Shown here one piece after another: positions 26,249-39,164 of a stretch of DNA of 64,000 bases. Under the pieces are notes generated by a model. That model worked only from the letters and a program-made list of their open reading frames with translations. It ran no database searches and was not told where the DNA came from. Both the position numbers and the translations under genes were made by a program. This stretch comes from Octopus sinensis (Eukaryota), in NCBI RefSeq assembly GCF_006345805.1, contig NC_043005.1, positions 108,190,001 to 108,254,000 of the forward strand. The letters run 5' to 3'. Position 1 is the first letter of the stretch, and every line of letters begins with the position of its first letter.

Positions 26249-26279
26249 GATTATCTGAAACCCACCAGAAGACATCATA
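26249..26279 (+). CDS. Candidate exon (-LSETHQKTS-), phase 1 to 2
   Basis: Acceptor gactgtag, donor TA|gtaagt; phase-compatible with 26445-26499. Confidence 0.35.
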
Positions 26280-26444
26280 GTAAGTATAACAAACGAAAAT
26301 CAGTGTCACAATATATGTACACTAAAATACTATAAAGAAGACCAATTTATAGGGAAAGAGTTATTGGTGCTTTAGTTGAAATTGTATTCTTTCTTCATAA
26401 AAGAAAGTATTTTAAAATTTGTCATTGTTGTTGCTTAATTCCAG

Positions 26445-26499
26445 TTTGGCCGTGATTCAGAAGATATCCACTTGTGAACATCTCATCTTTTCTGAGATA
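26445..26499 (+). CDS. Candidate exon (-LAVIQKISTCEHLIFSEI), phase 2 to 0
   Basis: Acceptor ttgcttaattccag, donor ATA|gtaaga; only phase 2 open. Confidence 0.4.
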
Positions 26500-26532
26500 G
26501 TAAGACGGGATTTCAGTGATTCAGAAACTTTT

Positions 26533-26975
26533 CCATCATCATCATCATCATCATCGTTTAACGTCCGCTTTCCATGCTAGCATGGGTTGGACAATTTTGA
26601 CTGAGGGCTGGCGAACCAGATGGCTGCACCAGGCTCCAATCTTGATCTGGCAGAGTTTCTACAGCTGGATGCCCTTCCTAACGCCAACCACTCCGAGAGT
26701 GTAGTGGGTGCTTTTTACGTGCCACCTGCATGGAGGCAAGTCAGGTGGTACTGGCAACAGCCTCGCTCGAATCTTTTTACACATGCCACCAGCACAAGTG
26801 CCAGTAAGGTGACACAGGTAACGATCCTGCACGAATGGTGCCCTCTGGCAATGATCACACTCGGATGGTGCTCTTGGCACCCTACTAGCATGGGCACAAG
26901 TACCAGTAAGGCGACACTGGTAACGAACATACTCAAATGGTGCCTTTTATGCGCCACTGGCATGGAAGCCGGTTA
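26533..26975 (-). mobile_element. Repeat family C
   Basis: Homologous to 18630-19120. Confidence 0.8.
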
Positions 26976-27484
26976 GCTGAGAATCTTCCTAGGGAACTCA
27001 CTAAAAAGCTCTTCAGATGAGCAAACAAATATTTCATTTAGCTGAACAATGATGAATTCTTTCCATAAATCAAAATATCAATGGCCAGGTTTACTTTCAA
27101 CTTTTAGGTATTAGAAGTACAAACTTCAATAACCAAAAACATTCATCTGTTTTATATTCATTCATTTCATGTTAATTTCTCAGTATTAAAATGGGTTGGA
27201 CGAACCCATGTTATTGAAGCATGGTTTCAAAGTTGGACACCCGAATCTTTGCCTGTTTTCTCAGCTAAACTTGTCTTCCAGCACAGCTCAATGATGATTC
27301 TGTCGACGGAGAATAGCAATAGACATTAATTTTTTTAATTCAGCTCTAAGATGTACCATGTAAATCTTCACAATGATATTTATATACACACTCTCACATA
27401 CTGATATAAATACACACACTCCCACATATACATGTAATGAGCTTCCTTACAGTTTCTATTTACTAATGTATTCACAAGTTTTGG

Positions 27485-27728
27485 TAGGGGACTTCAACAG
27501 TCCCTACCAAAACTAACGATTTGGACAACGAAAAACCTGGCTGATGACCACCAAGGTTGATCTGGAACCTAACCTATGTCCCCATATCTACGGCGTTCAC
27601 CGCTGGAATAAGAAGTGGTTGGAGATCACGCAGTCGTTAGACTCAAATCGCCAGGCCTGGTCGGCGTTTGTGAGAGATGCAGCATTGAGGATAAATGAAG
27701 CCAGCTCAACCCACCCCAGGTGAATGCT

Positions 27729-27760
<32 letters not shown>

Positions 27761-27815
27761 AAGAAGAAGAAGAAGAAGAAGAAGAAGAAGAAGAAGAAGA
27801 AGAAGAAGAAGAAGA
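27485..27815 (+). mobile_element. Non-LTR retrotransposon 3' end with (AAG)n tail
   Basis: SNRQAWSAFVRDA...ASSTHPR* followed by about 28 AAG units. Confidence 0.55.
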
Positions 27816-28864
27816 ATGTTTTCACAACACATTTGGATGGCACAAGACCACAGTACAAGACACTTGCCCAAGGTTTTTCACAGTGAGATAGAACTGGAAG
27901 CCCCTTGATTACAAAGAAAACTCTGTACCTACAGTCACGTTTGTTCTTATAACATTCAATGTGACAGTAATGTTAGCAAATGACAGAAAAGTTTATGATG
28001 AGGAAATATTTTTCATTGAGGCCTTTCACAAACAGACATGAATAGTGCAGACAATATAAAATATCAACTTCACATTGAAACTGTATAAGTCTCATCTCTC
28101 TGTTAGTTTGATTTTTTTTCCCTCTACATATTTCAACACAGACAAATCTATATGAATTATAGAAATCTGTCATTTAAAACTTGTATATTTTGCCAAAATA
28201 TGATATCATAAGATATAGAAATATAAAAAAAAAATGACGTTGCTTTACATATTTTTAAAATAACTTCTGTTTTTCTTACATTTTTCTTTGTTTCTTTTCT
28301 TTTTTGTTTTTTTTATTGCAATTATATTTTTCATCATCCTCTCACTCACCCTCTCTGTGTGTGCATGTATGTGCGAAAATGTTGCCAAATTAAGACAAGT
28401 TATTTATCCTTGTATAACATTGAAGAAATATCTTATAAGAATAAATTTCTTAAAATAAATCAACATGAGTTGAAGTTTGCTGTAAAGTTTTGAATTGTGT
28501 ATTTTTATTGCTTTTTGTTGTTGTTATATTTACCATTAATATTGTTGTTGTTGTTGTTGTTATTATCATCATTTGTCTCATCATAATGTTATTTTAAGTT
28601 TGGTTTTCTTACATCTATTACATTCATGTTTGGTGAAATAAAGATGTATTAGAAATGAATTTGATAAATTCAAAATATTAATGTTTAAAATCTATAAGTT
28701 GAAATAACAAAAAAATACAGATAGATTCATACACTCACACACTCATACACACACACACATACACACACGTTTACACACAGATGCATGCATTTACACTCAT
28801 TCACATTTATATATGTACATATACATATATATGTGTGTACAAGATCTAATCAATATGTGTGTGT

Positions 28865-29791
28865 ATAAGAATCTGGACTGTTGCCATAGTAACGAAGTTA
28901 AAGCATGCAGAGTGAAGCTGCTTGGCTCAGATTGACCTTGAAATCTGCTGTGAATGCACACTAAGTTTTAACATTCTAGCTCACTCCTGCTACTTACAGC
29001 AGTGCTTGGAAGGATGGTGTGTAGCATGTGATCATAGCATTGACAATGACAGAGAAAGTTGTCACGGCAATACCTGTTCAGAGGTTGAGGCAAAGTTGCA
29101 GAAAGTGTATGGAGAAGAGTGTATGAGCCATATACAAGTGTACAAGTGGTTCAGCCATTTCTATGATGGCCAAAAATATATCGATATTGACGAACTTTCT
29201 GGGAGACCCGCAACCAGCAGAACTGAAGAAAACATCACAGATGTGCATGCATTTCTCTGTATTAAAATGGGTTGGACGAACCCATGTTATTGAAGCATAG
29301 TTTTAAAGTTCTCAACTAAACTTGTCTTCCAGCACAACTCAATGTTGATTTATCAGAGGATGTGCAGATTAGTTATGGTTCAGTTCAGTTCATTATCACT
29401 GAAGATTTGGGTATGAGACGCATATCTGCCAAGTTTGTACCAAAGCCGCTTTCAACTGACCAAAAAGATACTTGGGCTTCAGTTGCACAAGATCTTGATT
29501 GTGTTGAGAATGATGAAAGCTTTTTGAAAACTTTGCATAGGCCTCTAAGCAGGCATTGCCAAGCTTTTGTCAAAATTTGATGCAGATTCTCTGCACAACT
29601 TTCTCTGTCATGTTCATTGTGATGATCACATGCTACACACCTTCCTTCCCAGCACTGCTGTAAACAGCAGAATTGAGCTAGAATGTTAAAACTTAGTGCA
29701 CATGTACAACGGTGTTTAAGATCAATCTTTTCCAAGTGGGTCCACTTTGCATGCTTTAGTTTGTTACTATGGCAACACTCCTGATCCTTAT
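28865..29791 (+). mobile_element. Fold-back mariner derivative: 5' half followed by an inverted copy of its own 5' end
   Basis: VYKWFSHF..SGRPATSRTEENI and LGMRRISAKFVPK motifs; 28865-29110 vs reverse complement 29530-29791, visibly diverged. Confidence 0.8.
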
Positions 29792-29899
29792 TGATCAGAC
29801 CATCTATGTAATATGCCTGTATAAATGCAACTCAGGAGCAATATTTATCTCTGCATGTACGCCATAGTTAGACCTGACAGAAGAATAGAAGAACAGAAG

Positions 29900-31670
29900 A
29901 ATCGCTTCTTTTGAATCTTTCTACAGACTACTTCAATCATGAGTGACTTCACCAATGTGCTTGGCAACTTAAATGGACATCTTGGTCAACAAGATGATAG
30001 ATTTTGGAGACTATGTGTATGGTTCAAGCAATGAAGAGGATGTAAGGTCTTGAATTTCTTGGAGTCGCCTTATTTAAGGATGTACTGTAACAGAAGATAA
30101 TGTGGAGGAAAAAGATATAGAAGATCAAAGATTCTGCAATTCGGAATAGGTTTAGAAATTTTCTTTTTCTTTACTACCCTCAAGGGGTAAACACAGGGGG
30201 GACATACAAGGACAGACAAACGGATTAAGTCGATTACATTGACTCCAGTGCATAACTGGTACTTAATTTATCGACCCCGAAAGGATGAAAGGCAAAGTCA
30301 ACCTCAGCAGAATTTGAACCCAGAACGTAACAGCAGACGAAATACAGATATGCATTTCGCCTGGTGTGCTAACGTTTCTGCCAGCTTGCCGCCTTTAGGT
30401 TTAGAAATATTGTAACTGATGCATATGACTGTAAGAAGAGAGATTTCGATACAACTTAAGACTACAAATCAGGGAAAGTGCCAGCCAAGCCAAAGATAAT
30501 GGTGTGGTAGAATGGCATGTTTGATAGGGCAATAAAAGTGAAGATTCAAGTTTGAAAAATTTTGGAGGAAGGTGGTAGAAGGCAAAATTACCAAATGGTT
30601 ATAAAAGCAGCAACTCAACAGGTATACTTGGTTAAGAGTGAGGCAGAAAAGAAAAAATTACACATGTTCTGCAACATGAGGATCAGAAATGTAAAGTGTT
30701 TTGGATTGTGAAACAATGTGTGAGAGAGAACTGGGACGTTATTTCTGAGAAGTGTATTTGGAATGATGAAAGCATATTTGTTATAATTATGGAAGACAAG
30801 AAATGGGTGGAAGTGCAATTATGAAAGGCTGCTGAACATGGAACATACATTGGATAAAGTATGGCTACTTCGTGCTGATTCTATAAAGGGTCCAGCAATT
30901 CAAGTTGATCATCGTATAGTCAACAAAGGGATCAAAAACAAAGAGAGGGGAAGCTGTAGGACTATCAAAGATAATTCAGGAGATGCTAAAAATATCTCAG
31001 CAAGCAGGATACATCATCACCCCCTGGATGGTTAATCATGTTATACAAGGTGGTGTCACATCTATTGACTGTCATACCAGTGTCATCCTAAACTGGAACA
31101 AAGGCAAAGACGATACCCTAGAAAGATTAACTTAGAGAAATTATAAGGTGGCGAGCTGGCAGAAACGTTAGCACACCGGGCAAAATGCTTAGCAGTATTT
31201 CATCTGCCATTACGTTCTGAGTTCAAATTCCTCCAAGGTTGACTTTGCCTTTCATCCTTTCGTGATCGATAAATTAAGTACCAGTTACACACTGGGGGTC
31301 GATGTAATCGACTTAATCCCTTTGTCTGTCCTTGTTTCTCCCCTCTATGTTTAGCCCCTTGTGGGTAATAAAGAAATAAGAGATTAACTATAAAATAATC
31401 AAAGCACTGGATAAAGATATGAGGATCACAGAGAGAATTAGAGAAAAATTAATTTGTGACAGAGTAGACCTAGATGAAATGTAGTTTGATTTCATACCGA
31501 AAAGAGGAACCATGGATGCAAACTTCCTGGTAAAGCAACTGCATGAGAATTCTTGACTAAAAGTAAACCTCTGTTCAAGGCATTCAATGATCACTAAGAA
31601 ACCTAGTGGTAGAGAAATTGCTTGTGAGGTTTGTACCAGCCATGTATAAAAATGCAATAAATATACTGAG
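29900..31670 (+). mobile_element. Highly decayed RTE LINE (endonuclease to RT), split by two SINE B insertions
   Basis: NGHLG...SNEE.VRSLEF and VDLDEM*FDFIPKRGTMDANFLVKQL remnants; SINEs at 30165-30395 (-) and 31148-31380 (+). Confidence 0.6.
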
Positions 31671-32934
31671 GGTCGTTTACTTCCCCAGTTTACTGTGTTA
31701 CACTCTGTGACAAAATTTTAATTTTTGCTTTTGTCTTTGGTCAGTAAGTGTTATCTTCTATTTGCTTCTATCCAGAAATCAAAGGAAATGACTACTATTC
31801 CCTTCAAAATTTGCATTTGTGACCTGAAGCAGAAATATCGTTAAATATTCTGCTCCATACTGCAGATTTGCATGTAAGTTGTTTGACTTTAACCACTTGT
31901 GCATGTTCCTTAGTGGCTGATAATATGTGCATCTCTGATCATGAGCAGGAGTAGTTGAGGAAAATCATAGTCATGTGTTGAGAGAGATTCTTTGGGGTTT
32001 GAATAAATGTAACAAAAGCAAAGTTTGAAGGGAATATTAACCATTTTTCAGACTTTGTAGGAGTAAACAAATAGGAAAGAACCCATAGACAAAAATCATG
32101 TTACACTGTGTCATTATAACTAATTAAATGTTCTTCACCAACCAACATCTATTTCTACATTGTTAATCATTTCCACCAGTCTCCTCTTAACCCTCCCCAG
32201 TTTCTATAGTTGTCTACATTTGTCACCTACTCTTCTCTACTTTCACTTATCATCTCTCAACTCTAGTTCCTCATAACATTCATCATCTCACCCATTCCCT
32301 ACCTGATCATTTCTCACTTTCTCATAGACTCACACAACCTCTATTCACCTGTATTTTCTGTTCTATTCTCCTCTCTCACTTCTACTTACCTCATATCATG
32401 AAGATCTACCCTGACACTTCATCACAGTTATTTTTATCCCTTTCCAGTTTTCTCCAGATCACTTCAACCCTCTCTCCTATCATAAGATTAGCTGTGCAGC
32501 TCTTCTACATCAAGGAACATGTTCTGTATTAGACTCTTCTCTGTCACTTTATACCTTCATCTCATAGCAAAGAGTTGCCTTTGTCTCTTCTGTAATCTAA
32601 ATTCATTGAAAGCTGGCAGGCTACAGGGTGACCTCACCAGTGGTGACACCATGAAAAAGCACTCTGTACATGCTGTAAGGTTGTTGATGTTAGGAACAGC
32701 ATCCAATTGTAAAAACAACGCCACAGCTAATATTGGAGCGTGGTGTAGTTTTCAGATAGACAGGGCCTCATAACACCATTCAGCCCATGCCAGTACAAAA
32801 CATGGCTAGTGATGATGTTACTGCACACACACACACACACAAACACACACACATGCAGGTAAATAGAAAGGTAAATACTTATATACGCATAAACAAACAT
32901 ACACATGTACATTCATATATACATACATATACAG

Positions 32935-33575
32935 GTGAAAGCTTGGCTGTGAGGTAAGAAGCTTGCTTTCCAACCACATGGTTCTGGGTTCAGTTCCACT
33001 ATATGGCACCTTGGGCAAATGTCTTCTATTATAGCCTCAGATTGACCAAAGCTTTGTGAGTGGATTTGGTGGATGGAAACTGCATAAAGCCTGTCGTATT
33101 ATCATTATCATCATCATCATCATCATCGTTTAACGTCCGCTTTCCATGCTAGCATGGGTTGGACGATTTGACTGAGGACTGACGAACCAGATGGCTGCAG
33201 AGTTTCTACAGCTGGATGCCCTACCTAACACTCTGAGAGTGTAGTGGGTGCTTTTACGTGCCACCGGCACAAGGGCCAGTCAGGCGGTACTCGTAATGGC
33301 TATAAAAAAAATCATTTTTTTATGTATATATTTATGTGTATCTTTGTGTATATGTTTGTCCCCCACACGATGGCTTGACAATCAATGCTGGTGTGTTTAC
33401 ATCCCTGTAACTTGGCAGTTCTCTAAAAGAAACTGATAAAATAAGTACTAGGCTTACCGAGAATAAACCTGGGGTTTGATTTCTTCAATTAAAAAAAAAC
33501 CCCTTTGAGGTGGTGTTCCAGCATGGTCACAGTCAAATGACTGAAGCAAGTAAAAGAAATAAAAGAAAGTAAAAG
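32935..33575 (+). mobile_element. SINE family A with nested family C insertion (33105-33300, minus)
   Basis: Homology to the other copies. Confidence 0.75.
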
Positions 33576-33766
33576 ACATACATACATACATATACAAATA
33601 GGTGTATATATATATAATTGGCTGTAAATTTACAGAAGGGACTCAAATGCTAATATTTTTGTGCCTCCATCATAAATTTGACAAATGCCATGTAGAAGAC
33701 ACTTCAGTCACTATTGTAAATTTTCACATACATATGTACATACATACACACACACACACACATACA

Positions 33767-33809
<43 letters not shown>

Positions 33810-33812
<3 letters not shown>

Positions 33813-35320
33813 ACGGGAAGTTTTATGAAAATAGACAAAAGACGAAGGCAGGTGGAAAACAAACGAACAATTGTATTAGTATGGCGCTCAGGAAATATAA
33901 ATAAAACAAGTCTTTAACGTTTCGAGCCTACGCTCTTCAACAGAAAGATACACAGAGAGAAAAAAAAACACAGAAAGAAGGAGAGAAAAAAATGCGTGCA
34001 GTAGCTAACGAATCAACATGACGATCTGATTTCGGCCAGAGGTCAAAGATCAAACATGAGACGCGAGAGCGAAATAAGGGGAGATAATAGGGTTGATAAT
34101 AGGGTTGATAATAGGGTTGAAGGACCAGCTAATAGTGCGTAGGAGGGGTCTGGACGTGTGTATGTATAGGGTTGGTGTATGTATTAGTATGTATAAGGGT
34201 GTGTGTGTGTGTGTGTATGAGAGAGTATTAGTGCGTAGGATTGGTCTGGACGTGCGTATGTATGGGGTTGGTGTATGTATTAGTACGTATTAGTATGTAT
34301 AAGTGTGTGTGTGTGTGTATGAGAGAGTATAAGTGCGTATGGGGGTCTGGACGTGTGTATGTATAGGGTTGGTGTATGTATTAGTATGTATTAGTATGTA
34401 TTAGTACGTATTAGTATGTATTAGTTGGTGTATGTATTAGTATGGCATATCATATATGATGTGATGTGTAAAGTCGTGTGGTGTAGTGAGGAGAAGAGGG
34501 GGAGGGGAGAAGAGGGGGGAGAGAAGGGGAGCGGAAGAAGAGGGGGAGGAGACGGGGGAAGAGGAGAGGAGGGGGATAAAAAAGGGGAGGAGGGGTAGGA
34601 AGGAGGAGAGAGAAGGGAAGAGAGGGAGTGAGGGAGCAGAGGGAAGGGGAAGAGGGAAGGAGGGAGGGAGAAAGAGGGAAGAAGGGAAGGGGAGTAGGGG
34701 TGAAAGGATGAAGGACTGAAGAAGTAGGGGTCGGGGGGGAAAGGATAGGTGAGGAGGGGGGAGAGTTGAGACCAAATGGCGTATAAGAGCGAAGAGAGAA
34801 GATTAATTCCTGTTCACGGCGCAAACGGGAATCCGGATGGCCTCTGTGTAAGGACAAACCGAACACAGATAGGTGTTGTAAGGAGTGACCGGTGGAGCGG
34901 AAATGGCGTGAGACCGGCGTGTTGTTCGCAAGGTGGATGTCACGAAGGTGTTCCGCGAACCGGTCAGCCAAGCAGCGTCCCGTTTGTCCGATGTACAAGG
35001 AATTGCAGAGAGAGCAAGAGATGCAATAGATAATATTGCTGGAGGTGCAGGTGAAGGAGTGGATGATGGGATAGGGTCGATGGGGGTGCTAGTGAGGCGG
35101 GTGGTGTTGGAGAGGTAAGGGCAAGTGCGGCAACGTGGGCGGGAGCAGGGGAACGAGCCGGGTTGGGAGGTAGGGTCAGGGAAGGAGCTATGGACCAAAA
35201 GGTCTCGAAGGTTGTGGGCTCGTTTGAAAGAGGGGAGGGGTCGGTTAGGGAAGAGGTGTGAAGTGGACGGGTCGGACTGGAGATGACGGAAAGCTCGAAG
35301 AATGGTGCGTTGGAGACGTA
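33810..35320 (-). mobile_element. 5'-truncated Penelope-like element: RT C-terminal linker, GIY-YIG endonuclease, 3' terminal repeat
   Basis: SFKRAHNLRDLLV, PCSRPRCRTCPY linker, YCISCSLCNSLYIGQTGR.LADRFAEH..REQELIF.L (ORFs 34803-35198 and 34450-34998, frameshifted); bounded by (TA)n. Confidence 0.92.
33911..33948 (-). ncRNA. Variant minimal hammerhead motif in the PLE terminal repeat
   Basis: TCTTT-CTGTTGA-a-GAGC gtag GCTC-GAAA-CG-TT-AAAGA; A6U, GUU site. Confidence 0.45.
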
Positions 35321-35351
35321 ATATATATATATATATGTATAATAATTATAA

Positions 35352-35770
35352 TATGAGGGAATATTATTCCAAACTTACAGGGAAAAATTCAATTTAGAAA
35401 TACTAAATCAAATTTCACAAAATTAAACATATATATATAAATTAGAAAAAAACTACCTTTTATCAATTCAATAATGCAAAATTAAATTATACCATTTAGA
35501 AAAATTACCTATTATTGCAAGATTAAATATAAGATAACACATATAACGATGATTAAGTAATGTGCAAAATAATAAATAAAATGTATATGTATAAATAAAA
35601 TGTATGCCAAAGATGTACATTTTATTTATTATTTTGCATGTTACTTAATCATCGTTATATGTTTTATCGTATATTTGATCTTTCTATAATAGGTAATTTT
35701 TCTAAATGGTATAATATAATTTTTCATTATTGAATTGATAAAAGGTGATTTTTTTCTAATTTATATATAT
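35352..35770. repeat. AT-rich palindromic repeat with the tattagggag-type terminus
   Basis: Arms ~35431-35590 and ~35615-35770. Confidence 0.75.
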
Positions 35771-36155
35771 ATATATAAGTTCAGCAAAATTTAGATTCAG
35801 ATGAATATGGTACTTAAGTTAAAGGCACCAGAATTTGAAAAATTCTATATCTGGCTGAAGATTGCTGGTCATTTTAAAACTGATGTAATACTTACAGTGT
35901 TTAATGAAATCACCATGATTGACCGCTAGCTACTAGAGCTTTCTTTTTTATTCTCTTTCTGTCTGTTTATTTTCTCGTGTTCCTTTTTGTTGAAGAACAT
36001 AGGCTCGAAACATAAAAGACTTTCTTACCTTCCTGAGCGTTAAACTAATACACCTGTTTGTTGTTTACACACCTGTCTTCGTCTTTTGTAAATTCCAACT
36101 ATATTTATATATATATATATAATATTTATAATATATACATATAATATATATACAC

Positions 36156-36200
<45 letters not shown>

Positions 36201-36962
36201 TACACACATACACACACATATAGACTCACACACAAGTATGCTTGTATCAAACATAGACATGCATAAGTATGGGCATGTTTTTATTGTTAAAAAGCACACT
36301 TCCTAATCATGTGGGTTCAGTCCCCTGCAATGCTGACTTGGGCAGTGTTTTCTATTATAGCCTGAAGGCAGCTATAGCCTTGTGAATGGATGAAATAGAT
36401 GGAAGCCTCATCTTAAATAAATTATGTATTTTAAATATTGTGCTGGCCATGTACCCCTGCAGCACATGTGTGGAAGGAAAAGAATTGTCTAACTGTCATT
36501 TTAAGTATGAAGAAGAAATTGTCGATCGCACCTTTGACCATCTTCAGAGATATAATGATATTGTGGAACAATAATTAAGTGGGTTAAAACTCTGTGAAAG
36601 GCACTGGTGACAAACATCTCATGTATATATTTTATACACTTTAAGTGAGTAGTTATAAATGAATAGAACTGTGGCTTAATGTATAACATTATATTGTGAT
36701 TTGTTGACATGGTAGCTATTGTGTGTATATATATGTGTATGTATTAATATATATGTATTTGTTGTGCTTATATGTTTGTGTGTTTTTATGAGTATTTGCT
36801 TTAAGTGTGATGAATTTTGTGGATAATGATGTGTTGTAAGTTGTATTCTAACTTCTTTTGCACTTATTTCAATCTTGTCACTTATTGGTTTTCATTTTTC
36901 ATGTCCCTTGAATAATTAATTTGTTGTTTGCTTTCTTGATTGTCTAAATTTGACAATTCCAG

Positions 36963-37004
36963 TGACACTCTAGACTTTCTGTATCAATTATTTGAATATA
37001 AAAG
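36963..37004 (+). CDS. Candidate coding exon (-DTLDFLYQLFEYK-), phase 2 to 2, unidentified gene
   Basis: Acceptor tttgacaattccag, donor AAG|gtaagt; other two frames closed. Confidence 0.6.
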
Positions 37005-37158
37005 GTAAGTTCCTGTGCACTTTTAAGATTGATTTCAGTCAGGAATTTCAAATTTCTTCACCCTTTATTTTGATGTGTTGTTTTATATTTGTTTAAACAC
37101 ATACACACACATATATATATGTATAAAAATATACATATCTTATTCTTTTATATAAATG

Positions 37159-37199
<41 letters not shown>

Positions 37200-37439
37200 C
37201 CTCTCACTCTCTCTTTCTCTCGCTCTCTCACACACACACACTTAATCATTTTCCAAGCATTTTCAGTGCTTGCTTGGGTTGGACAAGTCCTCTTCAACTC
37301 AGCTTTCCACAATGTCCTATACTTTTGTCATCTTCTTTCATCATCTTTTTTCATCAGTTCTTCATGCCTCTTTTAGTCTTCTACTTCTGCTTGTTCCTTT
37401 ACCCTGCATCTTCTGGCATTTCTTTACCTATCATATATT

Positions 37440-37820
37440 CTTTTACTCTTTTACTTGTTTCAGTCATTTGACTGTGGCCATGCTGGAGCACCGCTTTAGT
37501 CGAGCAAATCGACCCCAGGACTTATTCTATCGGAATCTTTTGCTGAACCGCTATGTTACGGGGACGTAAACACACCAGCATTGGTTGTGAAGCAATGTTG
37601 GGGACACAAACACAGACACACAAACATATACACACACATATACATATATGCATATATACGCCGGGCTTCTTTCAGTTTCCGTCTACAAAATCCACCCACA
37701 AGGCTTTGGTTGACCCAAGGCTATAGTAGAAGACACTTGCCCAGGGTGCCATGCAGTGCGACTGAACCTGGAACCATGTGATTAATAAGCAAGCTACTTA
37801 TCACACAGCCACTCCTATGC
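37440..37820 (-). mobile_element. SINE family A
   Basis: Homologous to 7455-7850. Confidence 0.9.
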
Positions 37821-38187
37821 CTATTGTCAACGTATACTACATATTTATACCAACACAGATGATTTGAAGTACCTTGTTTCTCATGTTCACCTTCTTTCTC
37901 ATCTCATCTATACCTCATCGTTCATGCACTCTGACATTAATCAATTATTTCATCACAAAACTAACCTCAGGGACCTTAATTACGCTTATGCTGACATACA
38001 AGGAAAGAAATAATAATTGACAAATTGTTGTTTATATTTATGAACGTTTAATGGGAGGTGATTCGTTAATGTTGAAGGATCATTAATTCTTTGAACCTGT
38101 GAGCTAGCTTTAGCAGATGAGAATTCATTTGACCAAACACCTGGATGGTGCAAAAGCAAGCAGCCATTAGATTCTGGACTTAAAACT

Positions 38188-38470
38188 TCCTTTTGAGCAT
38201 TTAGCCTCATGGAGGCAAGTGGCTGAGTTCCTTTGAGCATTGGACTTCATGGAGGCAAGGTAGCTGAGTTCCTTTGAGCATTGGGCCTCATGGAGGCAAG
38301 GTAGCTGAGTTCCTTTGAGCATTGGGCCTCATGGAGGCAAGTGGCTGAGTTCCATTCGAGTGTTGGGTCACACAGAGGCAAGGCAGTTCAGTTCCTTTCA
38401 AGCATTGGGCCCCATAGGGGAAAAGTTGCTGAGTTCCTTTCGAGTGTTGGGCCTCATGGAGGCAAGACCT
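38188..38470. repeat. 41-bp minisatellite, about 7 copies
   Basis: Unit ttgggcctcatggaggcaaggtagctgagttcctttgagca at 38240, 38281, 38322. Confidence 0.9.
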
Positions 38471-38904
38471 TTGGCATTATGTTGTGCTTGAGAAGAAGCG
38501 CCATCAAGCCCAGCAAAACTGCAATTGTAGCCGATATCAGTGTGGCCGGTGGCAAGTAAAAGCACCCAATTATACTCTCAGAGTGATTGGCATTAGGAAG
38601 GGCATCCAGCAAGAGGAAAACAAGCCAAATAAGACTGGAGCCTGGTGCAGCCTTCCACCATGCCAGCCCAATCAAACCGTCCAACTCATGCCAGCATGGA
38701 CGACGGATGTTAAATTATGATGACGATGATGATTTACTGATGAGCAAGGCCATAATGACAAAACCATGTGGCCCCACACTTTTGCATTTGCTAGGGATAC
38801 AATCGGATAAAACCATGTCCACTAGACAGTATTTATGGGTTTAAAGGATTAAGGAATCTTCCTGATTTTTTCCCCTGTTTTTGGAAGATAGCAAATTGGT
38901 AGTT

Positions 38905-39045
38905 CTTAGTTGGATAAATATCAAGAGTGATACCGGAATGGACATAGCCAATCTGAGAGAAGCGGCCCAGGATAGAACTGACTGGAGGACACTGATCCAA
39001 CGAGTGACCGAAAGTCGTCTTCGACTGAGCAGATAGAGAGAGAGT
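38905..39045 (+). mobile_element. RTE-type LINE 3' end with (AG)n tail
   Basis: WINIKSDTGMDIANLREAAQDRTDWRTLIQRVTESRLRLSR*. Confidence 0.7.
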
Positions 39046-39164
39046 TGGATAGAATACTTTGTGTTCTTTGTTCCAGCCCCTTGTACTTTGAGCTCCTATA
39101 ATGCCAAGGTCAACTGTGTTGTACATGCATCCACTTTCCAGGTGGATAAATGCAGTTGTGTTCT

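Noticed and set aside
27535-27570. CTGATGA in a LINE 3' end
   Set aside because: No downstream GAAA or stems
31776-31873. Apparent exon with in-frame TGA (selenocysteine or editing read-through idea)
   Set aside because: The 3' half and the donor belong to a dispersed repeat also seen at ~45620-45790
38188-38470. CRISPR-like repeat array
   Set aside because: Contiguous tandem units without unique spacers, no cas genes, eukaryotic context
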